NCBI GenBank assembly: GCA_018819065.1
Contig: JAHJQL010000017.1
Span: 35,952-99,951, forward strand
Source of the DNA: Nanobdellota archaeon
Lineage (GTDB): Archaea; Nanobdellota; Nanobdellia; Woesearchaeales; GCA-2686295
DNA length: 64,000 nt
Direction of reading: 5' to 3'
Shown here: positions 29,501 through 37,499 of the stretch, one piece after another
How positions within the stretch are numbered: the stretch's first letter is position 1
How the letters are laid out: every line of letters starts with the position of its first letter
Position numbers and translations under genes: made by a program
Notes under the pieces: model-generated
Seen by the model: the letters and a program-made list of their open reading frames with translations, nothing else
Database searches by the model: none
What the model was told of the DNA's origin: nothing

Positions 29501-31913
29501 TAGCAATTATCTGCGGAATTGGTCGATAATCACTAACAACTACTTCAGCAGTTGATTGCCGGTCAATAACTCCATGGCTATCTCTAACAGCGAGTCGGAA
29601 TGTCCACCAACCATTATACCGAAAAGTGTAAGTCAAATTGCTTGATGTGCTCCAATTAGTCTCAAAAAAAGGCGGGTGCTGAAGAATCCATTTATATTCT
29701 AATATGTCACCGTCAGGATCATACGAACCAGCACCTGATAAATTAATTGGAAATCCTTCAACGCCACTGTATGGTCCGCCAGCGTTTCCGATTGGAGGGT
29801 CATTAACAGGAATCACATTTATCGTAAATGTGTTATCAGCTGTTCCACCATTACCATCACTAACCCTAACAGAGCAACTAGCAACACCATTCCAATTCAA
29901 AACAGAATGTAACTTAAGAGAATTACCAACAACCTCACAATCAACCTCAGCAGTGTTTTCGTTGATAACAGAAAATGACAAGGAATCACCATCAGCATCA
30001 AACACTAAAGTCCTCAAATCAACAACGTGAGTATAAGTTCCAAAGTCTTCATTCAATATTGCGTTAGGAATACCACTTGTCCAAACAGGAGGATTATTCT
30101 GAGAAACAACAGAGAAAACAGCAGAGTCACTACCAGATAAGTGATTAGGAGTAACATCCGTTGCAGTAAAAGTAATTGTTTCTGCACCATTCCAATAAGC
30201 ACTCGGAGTTGTTATAGTTACAACATTCTGAGCATTAATACTAACAGTTAAAGCAGAGTTACCAGAATAACTCCAAACAACACTATCACCATCAACCTCA
30301 GTAAGATAACTATCCAAATCAAAAGTTGAAAAAGACTGACCTTCATTAATTGTTTGATCAGGAATACCAGAAACAACAGGAGCATCATCAACAGCAGTAA
30401 CTGTTATTAAAACGCTTGCTATATTACTGTTTGAAAAACCATCATTACACTTATAAGTAAAATTATCAGAACCAACATAGTTCTGAGATGGAGTATAAGT
30501 AACATGATTATCAACAACAAAACCCAAAGAACCATGATATGGATTTTTTGAAACAACAAAATAAGTTAATGAACCACTATCAACATCAGAACAATTAAAA
30601 ACAACCTGCTTAGAAACATCCTCATAAGTAAAAACACTAACAGGATAAGCAACAGGAGCATCATCAACTGGATTAACAGTTATAGCAAACGTATTGTCTG
30701 CTGTTCCGCCGTTGCCATCACTAACCCTAACAGAGCAACTAGCAACGCCATTCCAATTCAAAACAGAAACAAGCTTAAGAACGCTTCCAACAACCTCACA
30801 ATCAACCTGAGCAGTGTTCTCACTAACAACAGAGAAAGATAAGGAATCACCATCAACATCAGAAACTAAACTTAGCAAGTTTCCAACATGAACAACAGTT
30901 CCAAAATCCTCATCAAGATTTGCATTAGGAATGTTACTAGTCCAGACAGGAACATCATTAACTGGAGTAACAGTAATTGAAACAGCAGCAACACCACTAT
31001 CCAAAGAACCATCATTACACTTATAAGTAAAACTATCAACACTATTAAAATTCTGAGCAGGAGAATAAACAACCTTATCACCAACAACAGAACTTAAAGT
31101 TCCATGAACAGGATTTGAAACAACAAAATAAGTTAAATAATCACCATCAACGTCAAAACAATTAAAAACAACCTGCTTAGAAACATCCTCAAAAGTAAAA
31201 ACACTAACAGGATAAGCAACAGGAGCATCATTAACAGGAGTAACAGTAATTAAAACTGTTGCTGTGCTTAAACCACCATAACCATCGCTAGCTGTGTAAG
31301 TAAAACTATCAGCACCATAATAATTTGTATTTGGAGTATAATAAAGATTTGAATTTGTTTTTGTTAATGTACCGTGTGCTGGTTGTGTAAAAGAATTTAT
31401 TGATAAAACATCACCATTTGGATCAGAATCATTTAGCAATACATTAAATAAATTGTTTGAGCTATCTTCTTGAACAGTAAAAGCATCATTTCTTGCAACT
31501 GGATTTTGATTTGTTGCTGTGAATGTTAAGTAATCCCAATCACTTGAATATTGGTCACCTGCATATATTTCTATTTGATAGGTTCCAGGAGCATTGTAAT
31601 CAATTTTTTGAACTATTTGTGTTCCATTAATATTAGTAACGCCACCAACACCATTGTTTATTCCGCTCACATATGTTTTTACAACTTGTTGTTGACTGTT
31701 TAATAATTTAATACTGTAAGTTGTAGGAGGATTCATACTAAATACAGACCAAAATAAACTAACTGTTTGTCCGTTGGAAAATGATATTGTATCTCCTGAT
31801 ATTGGATTTCCATTTTGATCAAGCCATTGAATAACACCCAGTGCTGCTTGTGTTGATTGAGCAAAAAATCCTAACATAAAAAATAAAATTATAGGAAGTA
31901 TGATTTTTTTCAT
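26568..31913 (-). CDS. giant (1781 aa) secreted adhesin with tandem cadherin/VCBS-like repeats, PKD domain and Cys/Asp-rich DNDGDG motif
   Basis: Signal peptide MKKIILPIILFFMLGFFAQSTQA. Repeated modules ...SDGNGGTADNTFAITVNPVNDAPV... and ...NDAPVAYPVSVFTYEDVSKQVVFNCSDVD.. occur at least 6 times. A PKD signature RYQWDFLSDGTIDSYSQNTTYTFNQSGTYATTLRVIDDD is present, along with CSDGVDNDGDGLTDYPDDPGC near the C-terminus. Confidence 0.8.
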   Translation of the reverse strand: MKKIILPIILFFMLGFFAQSTQAALGVIQWLDQNGNPISGDTISFSNGQTVSLFWSVFSMNPPTTYSIKLLNSQQQVVKTYVSGINNGVGGVTNINGTQIVQKIDYNAPGTYQIEIYAGDQYSSDWDYLTFTATNQNPVARNDAFTVQEDSSNNLFNVLLNDSDPNGDVLSINSFTQPAHGTLTKTNSNLYYTPNTNYYGADSFTYTASDGYGGLSTATVLITVTPVNDAPVAYPVSVFTFEDVSKQVVFNCFDVDGDYLTYFVVSNPVHGTLSSVVGDKVVYSPAQNFNSVDSFTYKCNDGSLDSGVAAVSITVTPVNDVPVWTSNIPNANLDEDFGTVVHVGNLLSLVSDVDGDSLSFSVVSENTAQVDCEVVGSVLKLVSVLNWNGVASCSVRVSDGNGGTADNTFAITVNPVDDAPVAYPVSVFTYEDVSKQVVFNCSDVDSGSLTYFVVSKNPYHGSLGFVVDNHVTYTPSQNYVGSDNFTYKCNDGFSNSNIASVLITVTAVDDAPVVSGIPDQTINEGQSFSTFDLDSYLTEVDGDSVVWSYSGNSALTVSINAQNVVTITTPSAYWNGAETITFTATDVTPNHLSGSDSAVFSVVSQNNPPVWTSGIPNAILNEDFGTYTHVVDLRTLVFDADGDSLSFSVINENTAEVDCEVVGNSLKLHSVLNWNGVASCSVRVSDGNGGTADNTFTINVIPVNDPPIGNAGGPYSGVEGFPINLSGAGSYDPDGDILEYKWILQHPPFFETNWSTSSNLTYTFRYNGWWTFRLAVRDSHGVIDRQSTAEVVVSDYRPIPQIIANPASGPAPLTVSFRGNVTKGNPPFRYQWDFLSDGTIDSYSQNTTYTFNQSGTYATTLRVIDDDNDMELTLKTIVVTPAVVVNHAPVAYNQAVSLNEDNSKLITLVATDADNDLLTYSIVTQPTHGVLLTLLGNNVTYTPNQNYNGADSFTFKAFDGLNYSNVATVSITVNPVDDAPVAYPLLAVTNEDVSKQVTFNCSDVDGDNLTYSIVSSPSHGSLGSVVGNTVIYTSALNYFGADSFTYKCSDQFSSSNNALVSITINPVDDAPVVLDIPNQTINEGQSFSSFDLDTYLIEVDGDAIVWTYSGNTDLTVNVNSQNVVTITPPSNNWNGAETITFTATDVTPAGLFDSDSAVFSVVSQNDNPVWTSNIPSVTLDEDFPVFTHVVDLSALVFDADGDVLSFSVVNENTAQVNCEVVGSVLKLYSVLNWNGVASCSVRVSDGNGGTADNTFAITVNPVNDAPVVSDIPDQTVNEGQTFTTINLDNYVSDVDNLDSEMTWTYVGNTDLIVSISPSRVATISVPNANWFGFETITFTASDPGSLSDSDSAVFSVVSQNDNPVWTSSIPSVTLDEDFGVFTHVVDLSALVFDADGDVLSFSVVNENTAQVNCEVVGNTLKLHSVLNWNGVASCSVRVSDGNGGTADNTFAITVNPVNDAPIMQLIPDMNATENSTFTYQVVCSDVDGDPITYSDNTNLFNINPTSGLISFTPTVSDGGAHTITISCSDGVVSVSDPFTLTVYLISMPPTILGADLVAYIGREFVYQVQASDSNNDPLTFSDDTGLFNINSTSGVIRFTPTQDQFGQHWFYVSVFDGTFSASALFRIRVIEFVNYQCSDGVDNDGDGLTDYPDDPGCESPTDIREFSIVSGLEDSDAVKIVDVTIYGYDYNTVRKGEYALVAITLENTFDKKVSDIAVGVMIPEYGLKEQLSVVDIHAKKRTRVKSYVYIPNNIKSGDYYFSVYTGNDDLRREKQIPVRII
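27533..28700. repeat. two tandem ~583-bp near-identical coding repeats inside the adhesin gene
   Basis: ggtgcgtc...ggattaacagttatagcaaacgtattgtctgcagttccgccattaccatcactaaccctaacagagcaactagcaac... recurs at 27533 and 28116 with only a few mismatches over hundreds of bp. Confidence 0.8.
29800..30045. repeat. third copy of the adhesin module repeat (high identity to 27540-27760)
   Basis: Shares ccattaccatcactaaccctaacagagcaactagcaacaccattccaattcaaaacagaatgtaacttaagag with copy 1. Confidence 0.75.
30660..30900. repeat. fourth copy of the adhesin module repeat
   Basis: ggattaacagttatagcaaacgtattgtctgctgttccgccgttgccatcactaaccctaacagagcaactagcaacgccattccaattcaaaacag... Confidence 0.75.
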
Positions 31914-33439
31914 TTTCTTCTACCTCCAGGTAAATTGTTTCTGTTATGATAAGGTTTACCACCACCAAAATTATACTTCAAATCAATTGAAGTGTTCATG
32001 CTTCCATTTTTCCATCCTGGTACGTCAAATGATGGTTTGTTTTCATTTAAGTATCCTACTCCTAGTTTAAAGCCTAATTTATCAGATAAATCAACACCAA
32101 CATTTAATCCACCACCATATGATAAAGTTGTAGAATTCTTTTCATTTCTTGTTATGTGAGCATCATCAGGCAAACCATTCTTAAAATCTCTTTCATAAGT
32201 TGTATTTGTTTTGTTTCGAGTGTTTGATTGTATTCTTCCAAAGAGTCCTACAACAAAATTTTTGAATCTTTTGTAAACTCCAAGTTCTCCACCAAAACCA
32301 GATAATCGTTTGAATTCTTCTTCTCTTGAACCTTCAAAATAACCATTATTTGGAAACACTTGTTTTGTACTGTTGATGTTTTGAGGTAATGTCATAAAAG
32401 CAGTTCCTTCAATTCCATAATTATTATTAAAAGCATAACCAAGCATAACTCTTGCTTCGCTAACAGGTTTTGACCCGTTTGCAACATTCATTCCATAACC
32501 TGCACCTATTGAAATTGGAGACTTGTTAACTTTAACAAACAACGTGTCTGTATCTCCTTTAACAATGTTAGTTATTATTTTAGTTGCTGGACTGTATGTA
32601 TCCATTAGCTTTTGAAGATATACAGGATCATCTAATGCTTTTGAGATAAGATAGTTTCTCACAAATTTTTTGAAATCTTCAAAAGGAACTAATGTATCAT
32701 CATGTTCAAGTATCATGATGTGTTCTCGATCCGTGTTTTTTCCATTTTGATCTGTTGTTTTTTGTACACGTTTTTTGATGTTTGGAGCTAATGCTTTTGT
32801 AATTTTTCCAGTGTAATATATATCTTTTATATCTCCACCTTCTTTCCATTCAACACGAACACGACTTGTGTCTATTGGAATAATTTCACCTTTTGGATTT
32901 ACAATTTTTATTTTTTTTATTTGATTATTAACTTTTGCTCTTTGATTTTCAGGAACGTTGTATCCGTATAACATTTCTGAAAGAATATCTAAAGTTGTAG
33001 AATGCCATGTTTGGCTTTCCCAAGTTTTATAATCTCCTGCTTTAATTAGCATATCTATAGTTAGAGGAACATATGTTTCATTTGTAATAAAATTTTCATT
33101 AAATGGATTACTAATATCTGAGATTTTATTTGTTTTTGGATCAACGTTTGTTAATCGAGGAGTTCCATCTGTTTTTTTTATAGGTACAAATCGGTGTCTT
33201 GATTCATTATATACATTATCAGTTCCAAATATTTCATTAAGATAATCTTTGTGAGTCATATTTTTGAAGAGAAGATTGTCTAATGCTACGGAATCAATTT
33301 TAGAAGCGATAAATGTTGTATCAGATTTGATATCGTTCTGAGTAATTGTTTGTTCTATTGTGTGTTTCTTTGCTTCTTGAAGAATTTCAAAGTCTCTGAC
33401 AGCATCTGGTGAACCAATTGGAAATAAAGAATTTATCAT
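31910..33439 (-). CDS. hypothetical protein with Gly/Asn/aromatic-rich beta-strand C-terminal half, translationally coupled to the adhesin gene
   Basis: The stop overlaps the adhesin ATG (ATGA at 31910-31913). The C-terminal half shows an alternating amphipathic pattern (GAGYGMNVANG...LGYAFNNNYGIEGTAF...LGVYKRF.NFVVGLFGRIQ...LSYGGGLNVGVDLSDKLGFKLGVGYL...SIDLKYNF) reminiscent of membrane beta-barrels. No N-terminal signal peptide is visible. Confidence 0.55.
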   Translation of the reverse strand: MINSLFPIGSPDAVRDFEILQEAKKHTIEQTITQNDIKSDTTFIASKIDSVALDNLLFKNMTHKDYLNEIFGTDNVYNESRHRFVPIKKTDGTPRLTNVDPKTNKISDISNPFNENFITNETYVPLTIDMLIKAGDYKTWESQTWHSTTLDILSEMLYGYNVPENQRAKVNNQIKKIKIVNPKGEIIPIDTSRVRVEWKEGGDIKDIYYTGKITKALAPNIKKRVQKTTDQNGKNTDREHIMILEHDDTLVPFEDFKKFVRNYLISKALDDPVYLQKLMDTYSPATKIITNIVKGDTDTLFVKVNKSPISIGAGYGMNVANGSKPVSEARVMLGYAFNNNYGIEGTAFMTLPQNINSTKQVFPNNGYFEGSREEEFKRLSGFGGELGVYKRFKNFVVGLFGRIQSNTRNKTNTTYERDFKNGLPDDAHITRNEKNSTTLSYGGGLNVGVDLSDKLGFKLGVGYLNENKPSFDVPGWKNGSMNTSIDLKYNFGGGKPYHNRNNLPGGRRK

Positions 33440-33625
33440 ATTAAAAACCCCCTGTTTAGATATAAATTTATTTTAAATAACATAAACTTCCCCGAAAATT
33501 TAAGAAAGTAAATGAACAGATTTTATAAAACTTTTCTTTTTTTAACTATTATATAATGGTTACTTAACTAGCTTGATGTTTTTAATTCAAACAACATTTA
33601 AATAAAAAAACACATTCAAGAAAAT

Positions 33626-34687
33626 ATGGATATCAAAATAATCGGTGGTGGACCTGTTGGCTGTTACTCTGCAGCCATTCTTTCAAAAAAACACAACGTG
33701 ACAATTTATGAAGAGCACAAAGAAACAGGTAAACCAATCCAGTGCACAGGAATACTCACAGACACAATAAATGAGATAATAAAACTAAAAAAAGAATTTG
33801 TGGCAAACAAGATATACGCAACGAGAGTTTATGCTCCAAACAAAGAAAACATTCGCATAAACTTCAAAAAACCAAACATAATAGTGTATAGAGATGAATT
33901 TGACAAATACTTCTTGGACAAAGCATTAAAAGGCGGAGCAAAGATAAATTACAATAATCAGTTTGTAAAAAGAGATGAAGTTTTAGACAAAATAACAAAC
34001 AAAACCACAACGATAAAATATGATTTGTTAGTTGGCGCTGATGGGCCTCTTAGCAAAGTCTCACAAACATTTGGGCTTGGAAGGAGAGATTACTTAGTTG
34101 GAGTTCAAGCAATAATTAAAAAGAAGAATGACAACGTTGTAGATTTCTATCCTCATATTGGAACTTACGCGTGGGCTGTTCCTGAATCTGAAGAAGTGTT
34201 AAGAGTTGGTGTTGCTGCAGAGAAAAACCCATTAGCCATCTTTAAAGATTTTTCAAAGAAGTATAAAGGAAAAATAATTAGTATGCAGGGAGGAATAATA
34301 CCACTTCACAAACCAAAGTTAATAACTTCAAAAGAAAAAGTATTCTTGGTTGGTGACGCTGCAGCTCAGATAAAAAACACTACTGGAGGAGGTCTTGTTC
34401 CTGGTTTGATGGCTGCAGAAGAGTTAAGCAAAGCAATCAACGAAGATAAAAATTATGAAACGCTGTGGAGAAATAGAATTGGAAGAGACCTCTTTGCACA
34501 TTACAAACTAAGAAAGATAATGAATAATTTCAAAGAAGAAGACTGGAACAAGCTAATAAAAATATTAAATGAAGATAGAATAAAAGAAGTGCTGTCAAAA
34601 GAAAGCAGAGACAAACCACTAAAAATAATAAGCAATATTTTGATTAGAAAACCCTCACTCTTAAAATTTGTCAAACAACTGTTTTAA
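33626..34687 (+). CDS. geranylgeranyl reductase-family FAD-dependent oxidoreductase
   Basis: N-terminal dinucleotide-binding IIGGGPVGCYSAAIL, plus LVGADGPLSKVS and FLVGDAAAQIKNTTGGG motifs typical of the archaeal GGR/ChlP family. Confidence 0.8.
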   Translation: MDIKIIGGGPVGCYSAAILSKKHNVTIYEEHKETGKPIQCTGILTDTINEIIKLKKEFVANKIYATRVYAPNKENIRINFKKPNIIVYRDEFDKYFLDKALKGGAKINYNNQFVKRDEVLDKITNKTTTIKYDLLVGADGPLSKVSQTFGLGRRDYLVGVQAIIKKKNDNVVDFYPHIGTYAWAVPESEEVLRVGVAAEKNPLAIFKDFSKKYKGKIISMQGGIIPLHKPKLITSKEKVFLVGDAAAQIKNTTGGGLVPGLMAAEELSKAINEDKNYETLWRNRIGRDLFAHYKLRKIMNNFKEEDWNKLIKILNEDRIKEVLSKESRDKPLKIISNILIRKPSLLKFVKQLF

Positions 34688-34714
34688 CGCATAAACAAAA
34701 ACGTGATTTTATAA

Positions 34715-35400
34715 TTATTTAAAACTCAAAATTGCATTCTTATGTTTTTCAAAAACTTTTTGATCAAAATATCCATATACTCCTGATAGCCCATCTTTAA
34801 ATTGTTTTGAGGAGATTTTCTCAATGATTTTCGCGATTCTGTCTTTGAAATCACACCTCATTTGAATTTCGGATTTCATCCATTCCTTATTTTTGGATTT
34901 TGGAAACATCATAAACACATCTCTTATGTCGGTGGATCTGCACGATATGATTTTCATAACAAGCAGTGCATCGATGTTTATTATTCGCATCTCGAGTTCT
35001 TCAGTAATGGTTTTTCCTCTCAGTATTTTAATACTTGAGTTTTCAAAAATCCAATCCGCTACAAATATTGCTCCAGTCATTCTGTCTGTTACATTACATA
35101 TCAATACATCCATGGTTACTGAAAAATTGTTATTAAGCTTTTTTTCATATCTGGAGAAGCTTTTAGAATATTGTGCATTTTGTGGATGTCTTTCTTTTTT
35201 GTAGCCGATTTTTAAGAGAATTGGTTCTATTTTTTCAACGCAGTTTCATCTTTAATCACAATGTCGCAGTCTACTGAAAATCTTGACAAGGTATAGGTAT
35301 TGACAGCATATCCTCCTATAATAGCAAAATCACAGTTTCTTAATTCTTTAAGAGTCTTAAATATTTCTTCTTCTCTTAGAGATAAAAAGTCTTTAATCAT
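34715..35400 (-). pseudogene. AbiEii/DUF1814-like nucleotidyltransferase, frameshifted
   Basis: ATG at 35400 (overlapping the upstream stop as ATGA) encodes MIKDFLSLREEEIFKTLKELRNCDFAIIGGYAVNTYTLSRFSVDCDIVIKDETALKK*. The GG.A...R.S.D.D motif is characteristic of AbiEii. The frame of ORF 34715..35113, read upstream, continues ...EKIEPILLKIGYKKERHPQNAQYSKS...MDVLICNV..., so the two are joined by a -1/+1 shift near a T6 run at 35231-35236. Confidence 0.5.
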
Positions 35401-35996
35401 GCTAATGCTCCATATTTCTTCTTAATATATTCTGATGCATACGCATACACGTCATTTGATTTTGCATATTTTATTGTTTCTTTTAATGAATCGACTTTGA
35501 ATCCGTTTTTTTCTTCAAATGATAATGAACTTACAGGAATCAAAATAATAAACTCTCCTATCGTTCCTCCTGAATTGATATAATTAGATATTTCATTTCT
35601 ATTAAAAAATGTCTTCCAATATTTCAAGTCTTTTTTCAAAATCTTAATGAAATAAGGAGACTTTTCCAAGCCTCTTTGCACATAGGAAAAATCAGACCAG
35701 ATTTCCACTGCCGACAATTGCGTGAATGCATATATCTTCCCTGCATTCTTGATAATCTCAGGGACTCGAAATTCCAATAATCCCCTTATAACGTCTGTTG
35801 GATTTATGCAAGAATATGTTCCTTGAGAATTTTTTTTGATCCATCCTGTCCTCAACAATAAAGAAAATATCTTCTTTTTCATGCTCGTAGAAACTATCCA
35901 ATCTAACTCGGACTGTCTGAATTCTCCACTCGTACTGTGTTTTGAAAACAACAAAGCATATGCTTTTAATCCATATTGAGGAATTTCAATCGCCAT
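35397..35996 (-). CDS. putative AbiEi-like antitoxin/transcriptional regulator
   Basis: 199-aa protein directly upstream of the AbiEii-like NTase with a 4-nt ATGA overlap, the arrangement typical of abiEi-abiEii. Confidence 0.4.
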   Translation of the reverse strand: MAIEIPQYGLKAYALLFSKHSTSGEFRQSELDWIVSTSMKKKIFSLLLRTGWIKKNSQGTYSCINPTDVIRGLLEFRVPEIIKNAGKIYAFTQLSAVEIWSDFSYVQRGLEKSPYFIKILKKDLKYWKTFFNRNEISNYINSGGTIGEFIILIPVSSLSFEEKNGFKVDSLKETIKYAKSNDVYAYASEYIKKKYGALA

Positions 35997-36069
35997 ATGT
36001 AGTTACCTATTAGGTAACTAATATTTAAATCTTTCGTTCTTAAAAGATAACAAAAATTCTAAAGAAAAA

Positions 36070-36747
36070 TCACCGCATAAACTTTCTAAAGATCATACGA
36101 AGACCTATTTTTACACTGTTTAAAGTGCTTTGACCTTTTTGTTTTGAATAATCAGAGTAAGTAATTGTGACAGGCACTTCAACAAAAGGGATTTTCTTTT
36201 TATGAATCTCTTCTACAATCTGAGACGCGTGCTCCATACGATCAGATGTTATATTAATCATCTTCGCTGCTTTTCTTGAAAAAACCCTAAAGCCATTGTG
36301 AGAGTCTGAAAGCTTAACACCATATAAGACGCGAGTGACGATTATACCTATTTTTAGGACTAACTTCCTAATAAAGGGGATTGATAAGTTTTCTTTCAAG
36401 AACCTTGAGCCAAGAGCAACCTCTACATTGTTTTTCTCAATTGATTCTAACAAAGCTTTGATGTCTTCAGGGTGATGCTGACCATCAGCATCAAAAGTCA
36501 CAATAAAGTCTGCTCCTCGTAGCAACGCGTAATCAATTCCTGTCTTTAAAGATGCACCCTGACCTCTGTTGATGAAATGCCTTAAAACAAAAACATTCTC
36601 TTTTGATGCAACTTCAAAAGTTTTATCCTTAGAACCATCATCAACAACTATTATGTTGTTATAACCATGCTTTTTTAATCCTGCTATAACTCTTGGAATT
36701 GACTTTTCCTCATTATAAGCTGCTATTACTATGTAAACCTTTTTCAT
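36070..36747 (-). CDS. GT2 glycosyltransferase, dolichyl-phosphate sugar synthase (DPM1/ArnC/AglD-like)
   Basis: ATG at 36747 (MKKVYIVIAAYNEEKSIPRVI...VVDDGSKDKT...DADGQH). Start overlaps the upstream gene stop (ATGA). Confidence 0.75.
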   Translation of the reverse strand: MKKVYIVIAAYNEEKSIPRVIAGLKKHGYNNIIVVDDGSKDKTFEVASKENVFVLRHFINRGQGASLKTGIDYALLRGADFIVTFDADGQHHPEDIKALLESIEKNNVEVALGSRFLKENLSIPFIRKLVLKIGIIVTRVLYGVKLSDSHNGFRVFSRKAAKMINITSDRMEHASQIVEEIHKKKIPFVEVPVTITYSDYSKQKGQSTLNSVKIGLRMIFRKFMR

Positions 36748-37097
36748 CTTGTTATTAAAAACACACCTGTTATTATAAGGATTATTCCAAACCATTTATA
36801 TTTATTCATGTTTTCATCCAGGAACTTAACTGAGAGCAAGGAAACCCAGATATAAGAGAAAGAAGTTATCGGGTAGACTAACGACAAACGCGCGTATTTT
36901 AAAGCCCAGACATAGAAAACTGATGAGAATAGGAATAAGAATATTCCAAATAAAAGCTCACGATTAAAAATTATCTTAAAAAAATTTTTTAATATAGTTC
37001 TGTGAAGATTAGCAGAGCCTTTCTTTAGGTAAAGAGAGCCAAAGGCGCCTATAACTGTTGCAAATATTGTTAGTGATATTGCAGATAATTCATTCAT
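36744..37097 (-). CDS. 4-TM EamA/DMT half-transporter (ArnE/ArnF-like)
   Basis: 117 aa, four hydrophobic helices, EamA-like LSLVYPITSFSYIWVSLLSVKFLDE. Confidence 0.6.
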   Translation of the reverse strand: MNELSAISLTIFATVIGAFGSLYLKKGSANLHRTILKNFFKIIFNRELLFGIFLFLFSSVFYVWALKYARLSLVYPITSFSYIWVSLLSVKFLDENMNKYKWFGIILIITGVFLITR

Positions 37098-37453
37098 TAC
37101 TTACCACCACCGCCAATAAAGCTAACACCTAAGATTATTAAAACCAATCCAAGCCAGTTAGCAAACAAAATATTTTCGCGCAGAAGGAAGAATGAAAGGA
37201 AGAATACCCATATAAAACTCAAAGCGATGAACGGGTAAAGGACTGATAACTCGCCATATTTCAAAGCAATAATCAAAATAATCGCACCTATTCCATAGAG
37301 GAAAAAACCACCTATTAACGGAAAACTTAACAAAGATAACGCGTTTCCTGAAATACTCTTAGTTCCAATCTTTATGAAGTACTGGCCAAAGGATGTAAGA
37401 AAAGTGCAAGTAATAACTAAAGCAATTGCAAAGAGAGGAGTCTTTCGCTTCAT
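37097..37453 (-). CDS. 4-TM EamA/DMT half-transporter (ArnE/ArnF-like), paired with the preceding gene
   Basis: 118 aa, GELSVLYPFIALSFIWVFFLSFFLLRE. Its stop overlaps the next gene's start by 1 nt. Confidence 0.6.
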   Translation of the reverse strand: MKRKTPLFAIALVITCTFLTSFGQYFIKIGTKSISGNALSLLSFPLIGGFFLYGIGAIILIIALKYGELSVLYPFIALSFIWVFFLSFFLLRENILFANWLGLVLIILGVSFIGGGGK

Positions 37454-37499
37454 AATGAAAAAGATAAAAAGACTATTTTAAATAGTTTCTGAAAAAAAA

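Noticed and set aside
27481-30030. Plus-strand ORFs 27481..27687, 27765..27974, 28074..28589, 29704..30030 with partly identical translations
   Set aside because: They are antisense frames of the adhesin gene's internal DNA repeats, and their near-identity simply mirrors the repeat structure.
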